Positions 39,319-48,357 of a stretch of 64,000 nt of DNA are shown piece after piece. The position numbers and the translations under genes were made by a program. This DNA comes from Candidatus Gastranaerophilales bacterium. GTDB taxonomy: Bacteria > Cyanobacteriota > Vampirovibrionia > Gastranaerophilales > Gastranaerophilaceae. The notes beneath the pieces were generated by a model. It had not been told where the DNA came from, searched no databases, and saw only the letters and a list, made by a program, of their open reading frames with translations. Position 1 is the stretch's first letter. Every line of letters begins with the position of its first letter. The stretch covers positions 21,211 to 85,210 of the forward strand of contig CALVEV010000037.1 of NCBI GenBank assembly GCA_944326685.1, in the 5' to 3' direction.

Positions 39319-39900
39319 TCAATTTTGTGTTTTATAATTTTCTTTGTCTTTATTTTGTTGTTCTTCTAAGATTTCTTGTTTTGCTTTAGCAATTTCCATA
39401 TCAGCTTTTCTAGCAACACTTCTATCTTGTGCCGATGGTTCTGCAGGAGCAAGTGCTGCGGCTTTAAGTTTTTGTGCGTTTTTAAGATTTACTTCAGGGT
39501 CAGAACTTTTTTGATAACTAATATTTACATCTCCTGCAACTGCATATTTTCTGCCATCTGGTCCTGTTTCATATTCATAGTTTGGGCCTGATGTTTGTAA
39601 ACCTGCAGCCATCGCTTTGTGAGCATTTTCATGTCTTTTAACTTCTGCATCAGTATTTTTTAGTTTGGCTAATTCTTGTTCTTCTTGTGGTGTTAATTCT
39701 TCTTTCTGTTTGTTTTGTTCAGCTTTGTATAACTCCATAGCTTCTGATGAAATACTGGTATTTGTAGCTTCATCATTTAGAAGTTTATTGCTATCAAATG
39801 ATGTTTGGGTATTGAAATTATTGTCTGTAATTTTATTAGAATTAAAGACATAAAAATTCTCAATACTTTGATAGCTGTTTATTGCCCCAACGATACTCAT
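39319..39900 (-). CDS. SprA-related-family protein (putative metalloprotease-like, HExxH-type box)
   Basis: L..LK..D.EVKRHENAHKAMAAG...GP.YEYETGPDGRKYAVAGDV.I matches my recollection of the SprA-related (PF12118) signature. Confidence 0.55.
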   Translation of the reverse strand: MSIVGAINSYQSIENFYVFNSNKITDNNFNTQTSFDSNKLLNDEATNTSISSEAMELYKAEQNKQKEELTPQEEQELAKLKNTDAEVKRHENAHKAMAAGLQTSGPNYEYETGPDGRKYAVAGDVNISYQKSSDPEVNLKNAQKLKAAALAPAEPSAQDRSVARKADMEIAKAKQEILEEQQNKDKENYKTQN

Positions 39901-39946
39901 AAATTTATTATAACTTACCTTTTTTATATTTCAATATTGTAAAGAA

Positions 39947-39971
39947 ATAAGCCGCCATTTTGACGGCTTAT
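39947..39971 (-). terminator. hairpin terminator after the SLH-protein gene
   Basis: ATAAGCCG (39947-39954) / CGGCTTAT (39964-39971). On the minus strand it is followed by a T-rich tract. Confidence 0.5.
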
Positions 39972-40001
39972 CCTTTGTGCGAACGATTATTAGATTACTC
40001 A

Positions 40002-41927
40002 CTATTCGCTACAACCGAAAGCAATAGTCACGTGTTCTTTCGGATTAATTGCAGAGATTTTGTATCCTTTAGCATCAACTAAATAAGCTACTTCGTCACC
40101 TGTTGTTTGTAATAAACCGGTTGTACCTGATATAGCTGTTCTAGTAAGATCAATAGGTGCTTTTACTGTGTCATATACAGCATCAGCAAGGCTTCGTCCT
40201 GCAGCTCCAAATTGACCTTGGAATGTTTCACCTAAAGCGATACCTACACCACTAGAAATATCTTCAGCTGCGTTACCTAAGTTAGATAACATACCACCTG
40301 TTGTACGTCCAACAACACCAACTAATGAACCTGCCCAAGTTAGTGGCCAAGAAACAAGTCTAGATACTATATTTGGAGTGTTTGACTTGTCGATTTGTGC
40401 TGTTAAGATTTGTTTTGGTAATGTAGCTTTACATCCACAGTTTTCAATTTCTGTAAATGCAAGTTTTAAAGCACCTTTTTGACAACCTGATGGTCTTATA
40501 ACTTCTACAACTTTACCTATTACTTTTGAACCGCAAGGGTATAATTGTCCGTCAATAGTAACATCTTCTAATGTTGTAGCTGCAAATCTTTGTCCAACAT
40601 GAGATGATTTTGCGTTTACTTCATCTTTGAATTCAAGCTGTAATGTAGGAAGTTTAACAATTTCTTGATTTTCTACATAAGCTTGTCTGTCATCTTGTAC
40701 AGGGCAACATTCGTTAGCAGTTGTTGGGTTTTTATCATAGCCACCTGCTAATCTTGCAGCTTGTAACATTGATGAAATTTCTGCACGAGATGCTTCTTTG
40801 AATGGTTCAATCATATTAGGATTTTGAGTGTTTTTCAAAATACCTTGATCTAATGCTTTAGCAATTGGAACTTGTGCCCATTCCGGAACTTTATTTCCGT
40901 CACAGTATTTAGATAAGATGTTTTTAGCTTGACACTCATCTAAGTTACAATTAAGTGCTTTTGACATAGCACAGATTGCTTCAATTCTTGTAACTGGGTT
41001 GTTTGGTTTGAACAAGTTATTTGGATAACCTTTCATTAAGTTTTCATTAACTGCTTTAGCAATCATTGAATTTGCCCAGTGATCAGATGGAACATCTTTG
41101 AATGAAGTTGAACATCCACAGCCACAATCTTCTTTATTGAAACCTTTAACTAACATAGTTGCAAATTCAGCTCTTGAGATTTCTCTAGCAGGTCTAAACA
41201 TTCTATCAGGGTAACCTACTACAACATCGTTCATTGCTAATTTAGAAATGTCACATGCTGCCCAATATGCATCAGGAACATCTGGGAACATATTCATTGT
41301 ATCCATTCCTGCAGCGCCACCTGTCATATTACCCATTTGATTTATTTCAAAAGGTACAAGTGTTTTTTTGATTGCTTGCATTGAATTTTCTGTTTGCATT
41401 TGAATTGGTGTACAGTTTCCGTCCATTTTGCATTCGTCACGCATAATAGGAATACCGTTGTGTCTTGTTGGTTCATTTAAACAAGGAATGTCAGCTGCAG
41501 CACCTGTAATATTTTTGTCAGTTGCAACAGTTGTACCGCTTGTTGTCTCTGCAAGCCCTCTTGGAGATACGCTAAAGCCATCATTGTTACGATAAATAAA
41601 ATCATTTTCACTACCAATGTAGTTGTTATTACCGTAAATAGCTCTAGGGTAAGCGTATACTTGTTTCATATCCGCTTTAGATAAATCTGTTTTTCCAGGA
41701 CATAATGCACAAGCTGGATCTGCTTGTTTTTCGCAAGTTGGTTCTTGTTTTTCACAAGGACAAGCAGCACCTGTTACAACCGGTTTCTCTTGTGCACATC
41801 CACAAGATGGAGCCGAAACGACAGGAAGCTGTTGTTGGCAAGGGCAAGCTGCCATAGCTGAATGAAGAGAACACGTTGTTATACCAACGGCAAGTGCAGC
41901 TGCCACAGTAAGTTTTTTAATCGTCAT
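40002..41927 (-). CDS. exported Cys-rich protein with three SLH domains and a C-terminal domain paralogous to 46902..47648 and 47703..48284
   Basis: Signal peptide MTIKKLTVAAALAVG...SAMA. Three SLH repeats (FPDVPDAYWA...GYPDRMFRP, FKDVPSDHWA...GYPNNLFKP, NKVPEWAQ...). C-terminal 215 aa align to the two small exported proteins. Confidence 0.8.
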   Translation of the reverse strand: MTIKKLTVAAALAVGITTCSLHSAMAACPCQQQLPVVSAPSCGCAQEKPVVTGAACPCEKQEPTCEKQADPACALCPGKTDLSKADMKQVYAYPRAIYGNNNYIGSENDFIYRNNDGFSVSPRGLAETTSGTTVATDKNITGAAADIPCLNEPTRHNGIPIMRDECKMDGNCTPIQMQTENSMQAIKKTLVPFEINQMGNMTGGAAGMDTMNMFPDVPDAYWAACDISKLAMNDVVVGYPDRMFRPAREISRAEFATMLVKGFNKEDCGCGCSTSFKDVPSDHWANSMIAKAVNENLMKGYPNNLFKPNNPVTRIEAICAMSKALNCNLDECQAKNILSKYCDGNKVPEWAQVPIAKALDQGILKNTQNPNMIEPFKEASRAEISSMLQAARLAGGYDKNPTTANECCPVQDDRQAYVENQEIVKLPTLQLEFKDEVNAKSSHVGQRFAATTLEDVTIDGQLYPCGSKVIGKVVEVIRPSGCQKGALKLAFTEIENCGCKATLPKQILTAQIDKSNTPNIVSRLVSWPLTWAGSLVGVVGRTTGGMLSNLGNAAEDISSGVGIALGETFQGQFGAAGRSLADAVYDTVKAPIDLTRTAISGTTGLLQTTGDEVAYLVDAKGYKISAINPKEHVTIAFGCSE

Positions 41928-42063
41928 TTTTAACCTCCTTTTTCTTGGTTACTATGCCAAGAAAACTACTAATAAATTATTAGGTTAAATATGATTACTT
42001 TCATTAGTAATTGAGGTTATATGATAGAGCTATTCAAAATTTATAAAAATTATAAAATAAGTA

Positions 42064-42933
42064 TTAGTTACTTATTCCACCAAGATCTGTAATATAGTTC
42101 CCTATTAGATTGTCGCAAGAAGCATCTAAATGGTATAGTTTATTATTTTCAAGCCATTCGGCTAATCCAATTCCGTAAGATTTTGGTGGAGTATCAGGTG
42201 TAATATATTCAACAATTGTCCAAGCTCCTTTTTCTCCATCATAATCTTTAATATTATCGACATCACATAATTCTGTTGGCTCAAATGTTGAATCTTCTAC
42301 TTTTGTTGCGATTGGATTTGATAAATATAATTCAGGAACATTATTTATTTTAGAATCTTTTGTTGCAAGGTATACAGCTAGTTCTCCCCATATTGAATAG
42401 TTATTAACTTCATCTGGTTTTTTATAAACTTTCATTGCAACATTGTTTTGGTTCTTATCTTCAATTTTGTAGACTTTACTGTTACAACCTTCTCCTAAAT
42501 AACTAACTGTAAAAGGTTTATCTCCAATATTTATATCTAAATCCTCTTTAGATGAATCATTTCTAATAATGAATGACAAAGTATTTAATCCATCAATTAT
42601 GTCTTTTTTATTTAAACCATTAAATATTTTAGGATACTTATTTTCAATTAATGATGATTTATGGTTAAGTTCTAGTTTTTTTGCCATTGTAGCAACTTTA
42701 TGAGGTGCAAGTCCCCAATCTTGTGTTGTTAAATCTTCGGAATTGTAATTATTATAATGAGTTGTCGATTCAAATTTATTAATATTTTTGATAGTAAATT
42801 CATCTGGTTTTGTGTAAAAAGAAGGGTCAATAAAATCATTCCTTCTTATTGGAGAAAGTTCATTTTCCCTTTTTTTAAGATTTATTGATTGTGATTTAAA
42901 AAATAATTTATGGGGAATTATGCTAGTTATCAT
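42064..42933 (-). CDS. protein-kinase-like-fold protein ending 6 aa after the DFG-equivalent Asp
   Basis: LGEGCNSKVY (Gly-loop), VAMKVY (Lys), WGELAVY (helix-C Glu), YHLDASCDNLI (HxDxxxxN catalytic loop), ITDLGG (DFG-like), then stop. Confidence 0.5.
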   Translation of the reverse strand: MITSIIPHKLFFKSQSINLKKRENELSPIRRNDFIDPSFYTKPDEFTIKNINKFESTTHYNNYNSEDLTTQDWGLAPHKVATMAKKLELNHKSSLIENKYPKIFNGLNKKDIIDGLNTLSFIIRNDSSKEDLDINIGDKPFTVSYLGEGCNSKVYKIEDKNQNNVAMKVYKKPDEVNNYSIWGELAVYLATKDSKINNVPELYLSNPIATKVEDSTFEPTELCDVDNIKDYDGEKGAWTIVEYITPDTPPKSYGIGLAEWLENNKLYHLDASCDNLIGNYITDLGGISN

Positions 42934-43039
42934 ATTTATATAAAACTTGTGAAAAAATATTTTGCTATATGTTCATAAATACATTTATTTAGGATATAAT
43001 TTAGTAGGAATTTATTATAATAAGATTAAAGGGGATATT

Positions 43040-44023
43040 ATGATATTAGTAACAGGTGGTGCAGGATATATTGGAAGTCACTGTGTTTTAGCTCTTTTAG
43101 CTAAAGGACTTGATGTTGTAATTTTTGATAATCTTGAAACTGGACATATTGAAACTGTCGAAACATTAAAAAAAGAAGGTAATGTTCAGTTTGTAAAAGG
43201 TGATTTAAAAAATCTTGAAGATATAAATTCTGTTTTTGATGAATTTCAAATTGATGCAGTTGTTCATTTTGCTGCACTATCTCTTGTTGGAGAATCTGTA
43301 AAAGAACCTCAAAAATATTATTATAATAATGTATATGGGACATTGAATTTACTTAATGCAATGTTAGAACATAACGTTAAAAAGATTGTATTTTCTTCAA
43401 CTGCAGCAACATATGGCGAGCCTGAATATATCCCAATTGATGAAAAACATCCTCAAAATCCTATCAACCCTTATGGTAATTCTAAATTAATGGTTGAAAA
43501 AATTATGGATGATTATTCGAAAGCTTATGATTTAAGAAGTGTAAGATTAAGATATTTTAATGTTGCAGGAGCTGATTCTAAGGCTAGAGTTGGAGAATGG
43601 CATGAACCTGAAACACATTTGATTCCTAATGTTTTAAAATCTACTTTTAGTGGAGGTAAAATATTTGAAATGTATGGAGATGACTATCCTACAAAAGACG
43701 GGACTTGTGTAAGAGATTATATAAATGTTGAAGATTTAGCGCAAGCTCACATTTTAGCTTTAGAGTATTTAAATAATGACGGTGCAACAAATTATTTTAA
43801 CCTAGGAACAAAAAATGGTGATACAGTAAAGGAAGTTTTTTCTGCGTGTGAAAAAGTTACAGAAAAAACAATACCTGTAAATATTATGCCAAGACGAGCA
43901 GGCGATCCTGCATCTTTAGTTGCCGATAATTCAAAAGCAAAAGAGATTTTAGGTTGGAATCCAAAACATACTTTAGAAGAAAGTATAAACACTGCATATT
44001 TATACTTAAATAAGAATAATTAG
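43040..44023 (+). CDS. galE: UDP-glucose 4-epimerase
   Basis: MILVTGGAGYIGSH, SSTAATYG, YGNSK (YxxxK), DGTCVRDYI. ATG at 43040 preceded by AAAGGGGA. The track start at 42962 is too early. Confidence 0.92.
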   Translation: MILVTGGAGYIGSHCVLALLAKGLDVVIFDNLETGHIETVETLKKEGNVQFVKGDLKNLEDINSVFDEFQIDAVVHFAALSLVGESVKEPQKYYYNNVYGTLNLLNAMLEHNVKKIVFSSTAATYGEPEYIPIDEKHPQNPINPYGNSKLMVEKIMDDYSKAYDLRSVRLRYFNVAGADSKARVGEWHEPETHLIPNVLKSTFSGGKIFEMYGDDYPTKDGTCVRDYINVEDLAQAHILALEYLNNDGATNYFNLGTKNGDTVKEVFSACEKVTEKTIPVNIMPRRAGDPASLVADNSKAKEILGWNPKHTLEESINTAYLYLNKNN

Positions 44024-44057
44024 TAGCAAATATTTTAGAACAGGGTAAAATATTAAA

Positions 44058-44435
44058 TTATAGTCCCACAACAGAAATATTTGTAACGCCTGCATTTCTT
44101 GCAGAATCCATAAGTTTAACAATAGCTCCGTGAGTTGATTCCGGATCAGATTGTATCAATAAACCATCTGTTAAAGTTTTTGCTTGATCTGCAATTACTG
44201 CTTCAAGGTTTTCTGCAGCAACTTCTTCGCCATTTAATAAAAATTTGTTATCATTAGTTACTACAAAGTTAATTGTTTTAGCTTCTTTAACATTTTCAGC
44301 TTTAACATTTTCAGGTACAGTTAAATTAAGTCCTTGCTGGTCTAATAATGGTGCAATTACCATCATTATAATAAGTAATACCAAGAAAATATCTGTTAGA
44401 GGTGTAATATTAATTTCATTAAATGAATCTTTCAT
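44058..44435 (-). CDS. exbD: ExbD/TolR-family biopolymer transport protein
   Basis: EINITPLTDIFLVLLIIMMV TM signature. 125 aa. Confidence 0.85.
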   Translation of the reverse strand: MKDSFNEINITPLTDIFLVLLIIMMVIAPLLDQQGLNLTVPENVKAENVKEAKTINFVVTNDNKFLLNGEEVAAENLEAVIADQAKTLTDGLLIQSDPESTHGAIVKLMDSARNAGVTNISVVGL

Positions 44436-44437
44436 AA

Positions 44438-44929
44438 TTAATTAACCCCCATTTCTTCAAGTTGTTCTTGGTTTTGTTCAATTATGTCACTTTGTTGCTC
44501 AAGGACTTTTTGAGCCTTTTTGTTCAAAGGTTCTCCTGCAACTATTAGTTTTTTGTATTCGGCTTCTTGCGCAGCATTCATTATTTTCATTATTTCTGCG
44601 CTCTTAATTTTTTCATCAGCCTTAACAACAACTTCTTTCTTCTCTAAAGTTGGTTTTAATTCAATTAATGCAGCTGCTAAATTATCCGGATTTACTTTTT
44701 TATCATTCAAATACATAGCACCACTTTGGGTAACAGAAACAGTTGCATTTTTTTGTTCAATAGAAACACCACTGTTAATCTCAGGTATTGTGATAGAATT
44801 ATCTACTGATTGGAATGTAGGTGCTACAACCATCATGATAATTAACAGTACCAAGAAGATATCTGTAAGCGGTGTGATATTTATTTCTGTAAACATGGCA
44901 TTTTTGCCTTTGCCTGTTTTCATTCCCAT
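44438..44929 (-). CDS. exbD: ExbD/TolR-family biopolymer transport protein (second copy, acidic C-terminal extension)
   Basis: EINITPLTDIFLVLLIIMMV signature identical to its neighbour. 163 aa. Confidence 0.85.
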   Translation of the reverse strand: MGMKTGKGKNAMFTEINITPLTDIFLVLLIIMMVVAPTFQSVDNSITIPEINSGVSIEQKNATVSVTQSGAMYLNDKKVNPDNLAAALIELKPTLEKKEVVVKADEKIKSAEIMKIMNAAQEAEYKKLIVAGEPLNKKAQKVLEQQSDIIEQNQEQLEEMGVN

Positions 44930-44948
44930 TGTAGTAATTTCCTATTGA

Positions 44949-45596
44949 TTATAATGCTATACTTTGAGATTTACCTGTGTTTGATTCATCTTCAGAATCA
45001 ACGAAGCTTAAGAATAAAAGCTTGATTAATTGGAAATCATCTTCAAAACGTTTAACTATTGCTTGGAAAGAGTTGAAGCATACAACTGCAACAATCGCAA
45101 CACCAAGACCGAATGCTGTAGCAATAAGAGCAGATCCAATACCCATAGCAACAGCTGCAGATTGGTTCCCTTGTGTTGCTAAATCTTGGAAAGTATAAAG
45201 AATTCTAACAACTGTACCAAATAACCCTAAAAATGGAGCAACACCACCAATTGTACCTAAGATAGTTAAATGGTTTTCTAATTTTCTAGATGCTAAGTTA
45301 GCCGCGATATCAAAAGAACGAGAGAACCCACTTTTTTGTTCAGAAAAAATTCTAACAGCTTCTTCAGTTACTTCACCAATAACACCACCACATTGGATAG
45401 CAAGATTTTGAGCTCCAACAAGATTATTTTTAGCCAATTCTTTTTGTAATTTTGGAATAAATTGTACAACGTCACGTTTATTTTTATTATAAAAAGAAAC
45501 TCTATTTATTGCAGCTGCAATAGTTAAAATTGAACAAATTAGAATTGGCAAAAGTACCGGCCAGTCTAATTGAATTGAATGTAATAATAAATCCAT
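44949..45596 (-). CDS. exbB: MotA/TolQ/ExbB-family proton channel
   Basis: Three TM helices. LGLFGTV..I...F and ALIATAFGL motifs. Confidence 0.85.
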   Translation of the reverse strand: MDLLLHSIQLDWPVLLPILICSILTIAAAINRVSFYNKNKRDVVQFIPKLQKELAKNNLVGAQNLAIQCGGVIGEVTEEAVRIFSEQKSGFSRSFDIAANLASRKLENHLTILGTIGGVAPFLGLFGTVVRILYTFQDLATQGNQSAAVAMGIGSALIATAFGLGVAIVAVVCFNSFQAIVKRFEDDFQLIKLLFLSFVDSEDESNTGKSQSIAL

Positions 45597-45636
45597 AATT
45601 TTATCCTCTTTCTAAATATTCGCTAATTGTTTTTTA

Positions 45637-46827
45637 TTAATATCTTGCACCAAATACGTTGTAATCGAACGTAAATTGGATATCAATACTTTGTCCTCTA
45701 AATTCAGCTGGAAGTGGTCTAAATGGAGCTGTTAGCTCAACTGCTCTTAGTGCTGCTTGGTCTGCTGCAGGAAGTCCTGAAGATTTTAGAACTCTGCAAG
45801 ATAGCATTCTACCACTTTTAGCTATTTTAAATAATAATACAACTCTTTTACTTTCGTTTCCTTTTGGAGGATTCCAATTAAGTTTAATACGTCTTTGCAA
45901 TTCTCTCATATAAGGTCCGAAATCAGGTTCTCTGATAGCATCAATACCAGGTCTACCACCCCCGCCTCCAGGGTTTCCAACATTACCTCCTGAACCACCA
46001 GAAGAACCTCTAGCTAATTGTCCAGAACCACCACTTGATGAAGGTGCTAAAGATGGAGCAGGTGCATATCTACCTGCGCTACTTCCACCTGAAGAATATC
46101 CTCCTGATTTAGCTCCAGAAGAAGCTGATGTACCGCCAACAGGTCCTGTTGATAGTGATTTTGCAGCAGGTAGTCCTGATGGTACAGGAACTGAAAATGG
46201 AGTTGTCGGTTTTATTGCAACCTTTGGAGGTGCTGCAACAGGTCTTGTGCTAGGTGCAACTGTTGGGGCTGCTGGTCTGCTTGTAGCAGGACGTGGCGCA
46301 GGACTTGAGGTTTGTTGTTTTACAGGCGCTGTTTTAGCCTGTTGTTTTTGAACTTTTTGTTGTTTTATAACTTGTTTTTGTTCTCTTTGTATTTGTTTTT
46401 GTTGCTTTTGAATCATTTTTTGTAGAGAACTACTGCTTGATGATGGTTTTGATTGCGCAGCTGATGGTAATGAAACAGGTTTTTTAGGGTTATTAATTCC
46501 ACCTGAGCGAGAATTCATATCAGCTCTATTTTTAGTATTCATGTCTCTTGGCATTGCTTCTCTGTCAACTAAGACAAATTCAATATCTTTTTTATGTGCC
46601 ATATCAGGTTTATTGAACATTAAGAATTTAATACCTAATAAGCCAGCAATAAAAATAAACATCCAAACTAAAAATACTGTTAGTGGATGCAGTATAACAG
46701 ACATAGCAACAGAATCTTTGAAATTAATTCCCTCGTCATTTTTTCTTACGACTGCAGGGAGTGTATAAACCTCATCTTCTTGTTCATCGTCATCTATGAA
46801 ATTGTATTTATTTCCTAATAATGCCAT
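45637..46827 (-). CDS. tonB: TonB-family energy transducer with very long low-complexity linker
   Basis: N-terminal TM anchor, about 200 aa of Q/K then P/A/S/G-rich linker, C-terminal TonB fold (Y...L...I...W.PP......V.L.F.I...G.........SSG....D.AAL.AV). Confidence 0.8.
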   Translation of the reverse strand: MALLGNKYNFIDDDEQEDEVYTLPAVVRKNDEGINFKDSVAMSVILHPLTVFLVWMFIFIAGLLGIKFLMFNKPDMAHKKDIEFVLVDREAMPRDMNTKNRADMNSRSGGINNPKKPVSLPSAAQSKPSSSSSSLQKMIQKQQKQIQREQKQVIKQQKVQKQQAKTAPVKQQTSSPAPRPATSRPAAPTVAPSTRPVAAPPKVAIKPTTPFSVPVPSGLPAAKSLSTGPVGGTSASSGAKSGGYSSGGSSAGRYAPAPSLAPSSSGGSGQLARGSSGGSGGNVGNPGGGGGRPGIDAIREPDFGPYMRELQRRIKLNWNPPKGNESKRVVLLFKIAKSGRMLSCRVLKSSGLPAADQAALRAVELTAPFRPLPAEFRGQSIDIQFTFDYNVFGARY

Positions 46828-46901
46828 AATTCTCTTTCTCTTAAATTATACTACATAAAAAATAATTTAAGAGTATCCTCTAATTGTTTTAACCATATTA
46901 A

Positions 46902-47648
46902 CTATTGTTCATAGTCATATGAAGAAGGTGCAACTGTTACAGGTTGTGTTAATACAAGTTCAAGAGATGCTCCTGCTGGGATTTCGACATCTTGACCTTT
47001 GTCAATAACAGATTTTACAACTCCACCACCTGCTCCAACGGCAGTTCCTAGTGCAGCTCCTCTTCCTACATTTCCACCTGCTAATGCTCCAAATACTAAT
47101 CCTGATAATGCACCAACTGCAGCTCCGCCTACAGCATCTTTAGCATAGTCTTTTGCTACATCCATTTTAGTCCCACCAATAAGTACGCCTGAGTTGTCAG
47201 CTGTTTTAATTACTGCTGAAATAGGGATTTGTAGTCCGTATGGAGTTATAATTTGATTAAATCTAATACAAAGCTTTCCGTTCATGCTACCACGTTTTGC
47301 TTTGCTTGATTCTATAACAGTTCCTATTACTGTACTTCCTGCAGGTGCAATCATATTTCCGTTGTAGCAGAAATCAGAACCTAAGGATATTTGAATAGTT
47401 TGTCCAACTGATGTATATGCTGAGCTTATTGGAGTTGAAACATATCCTGGTAGTGATTGACCTGCCGGTACTGTTACAACTCTTCCTTTTAAAGTGTTAT
47501 TATAAGGCTTGTTTATTGGGGCTGGGTAATATGATTGTTGATATTTAGGATGTTGAGCCCCTCCTTGATAATTGTAATTTGGTGCAGCAAATCCTGTTGT
47601 CATTGTAAACAATGATGTTATTAACAGTAAACTTATATTTTTTTTCAT
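46902..47648 (-). CDS. exported protein: paralogous beta-domain plus glycine-zipper segment
   Basis: Signal peptide MKKNISLLLITSLFTMTTGFA. Core VPAGQSL...IAPAGSTVIGTV...GKLCIRFNQI. GGAAVGALSGLVFGALAGG glycine zipper. C-terminal VEIPAGASLELVL. Confidence 0.6.
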   Translation of the reverse strand: MKKNISLLLITSLFTMTTGFAAPNYNYQGGAQHPKYQQSYYPAPINKPYNNTLKGRVVTVPAGQSLPGYVSTPISSAYTSVGQTIQISLGSDFCYNGNMIAPAGSTVIGTVIESSKAKRGSMNGKLCIRFNQIITPYGLQIPISAVIKTADNSGVLIGGTKMDVAKDYAKDAVGGAAVGALSGLVFGALAGGNVGRGAALGTAVGAGGGVVKSVIDKGQDVEIPAGASLELVLTQPVTVAPSSYDYEQ

Positions 47649-47702
47649 AAATATTACCCTCCTAATGTTTATTATAATATTGTATTCGGAATCTTAATAT
47701 TG

Positions 47703-48284
47703 TCAATTGCTTAACGAATGGGTTATATATGCAGGACCTTTAAGAACAATTAATAGTTCTGCGCCAGGTGCAATAGTAACATGCTCTCCCATTTTTCTTG
47801 TTGGACCTGGAACCCATTTAAGAACACCTAAGTAATGACAACAAATTCCTTTATGATAGTGTGGGAGTGTATTATATGTTTCAGGTTCTGTCATTTCTCC
47901 ACCAATTAGGCAATTATTATTTGTGTAAATATATCCATATATAGGGTTTTCATATCCGTCTTCAAATCTTAGTTTAGTTATTCTAACTGTCATTGAGGCA
48001 TTTGTTCCAATAATTGGTTCATGTTTTGTTTCAATTTTGCCAAAGAATACTGTTCCTTTTGGGATAACGTTTGTATTGAACAAGAATGTATCATTATTTG
48101 TCACAAATTTTAGTGGAGTTTTTTCATCAGATGAAAGTGTTGAAAATTCCTGTAAAGAAATAACTTGAATAAAAGTTCCTGCAGGTAACTCAACTCCGTT
48201 ATAATCTCTTAATTCCGGATCTGCAAGAGTTGACTGTGTTATTCCAAATATGAGTATAAATAATGTTAATAACAATTTTTTCAT
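47703..48284 (-). CDS. exported protein: paralogous beta-domain (no glycine zipper)
   Basis: Signal peptide MKKLLLTLFILIFGITQSTLA. Core ELPAGTFI...VIPKGTVFFGKI...MTVRITKL. C-terminal VTIAPGAELLIVL. Confidence 0.55.
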   Translation of the reverse strand: MKKLLLTLFILIFGITQSTLADPELRDYNGVELPAGTFIQVISLQEFSTLSSDEKTPLKFVTNNDTFLFNTNVIPKGTVFFGKIETKHEPIIGTNASMTVRITKLRFEDGYENPIYGYIYTNNNCLIGGEMTEPETYNTLPHYHKGICCHYLGVLKWVPGPTRKMGEHVTIAPGAELLIVLKGPAYITHSLSN

Positions 48285-48357
48285 AATCTATATTATATAT
48301 TAATTCTAATTTTATAAAATCAAATATAAATAGTAGAATCGTGTTACAATTTAAAAT

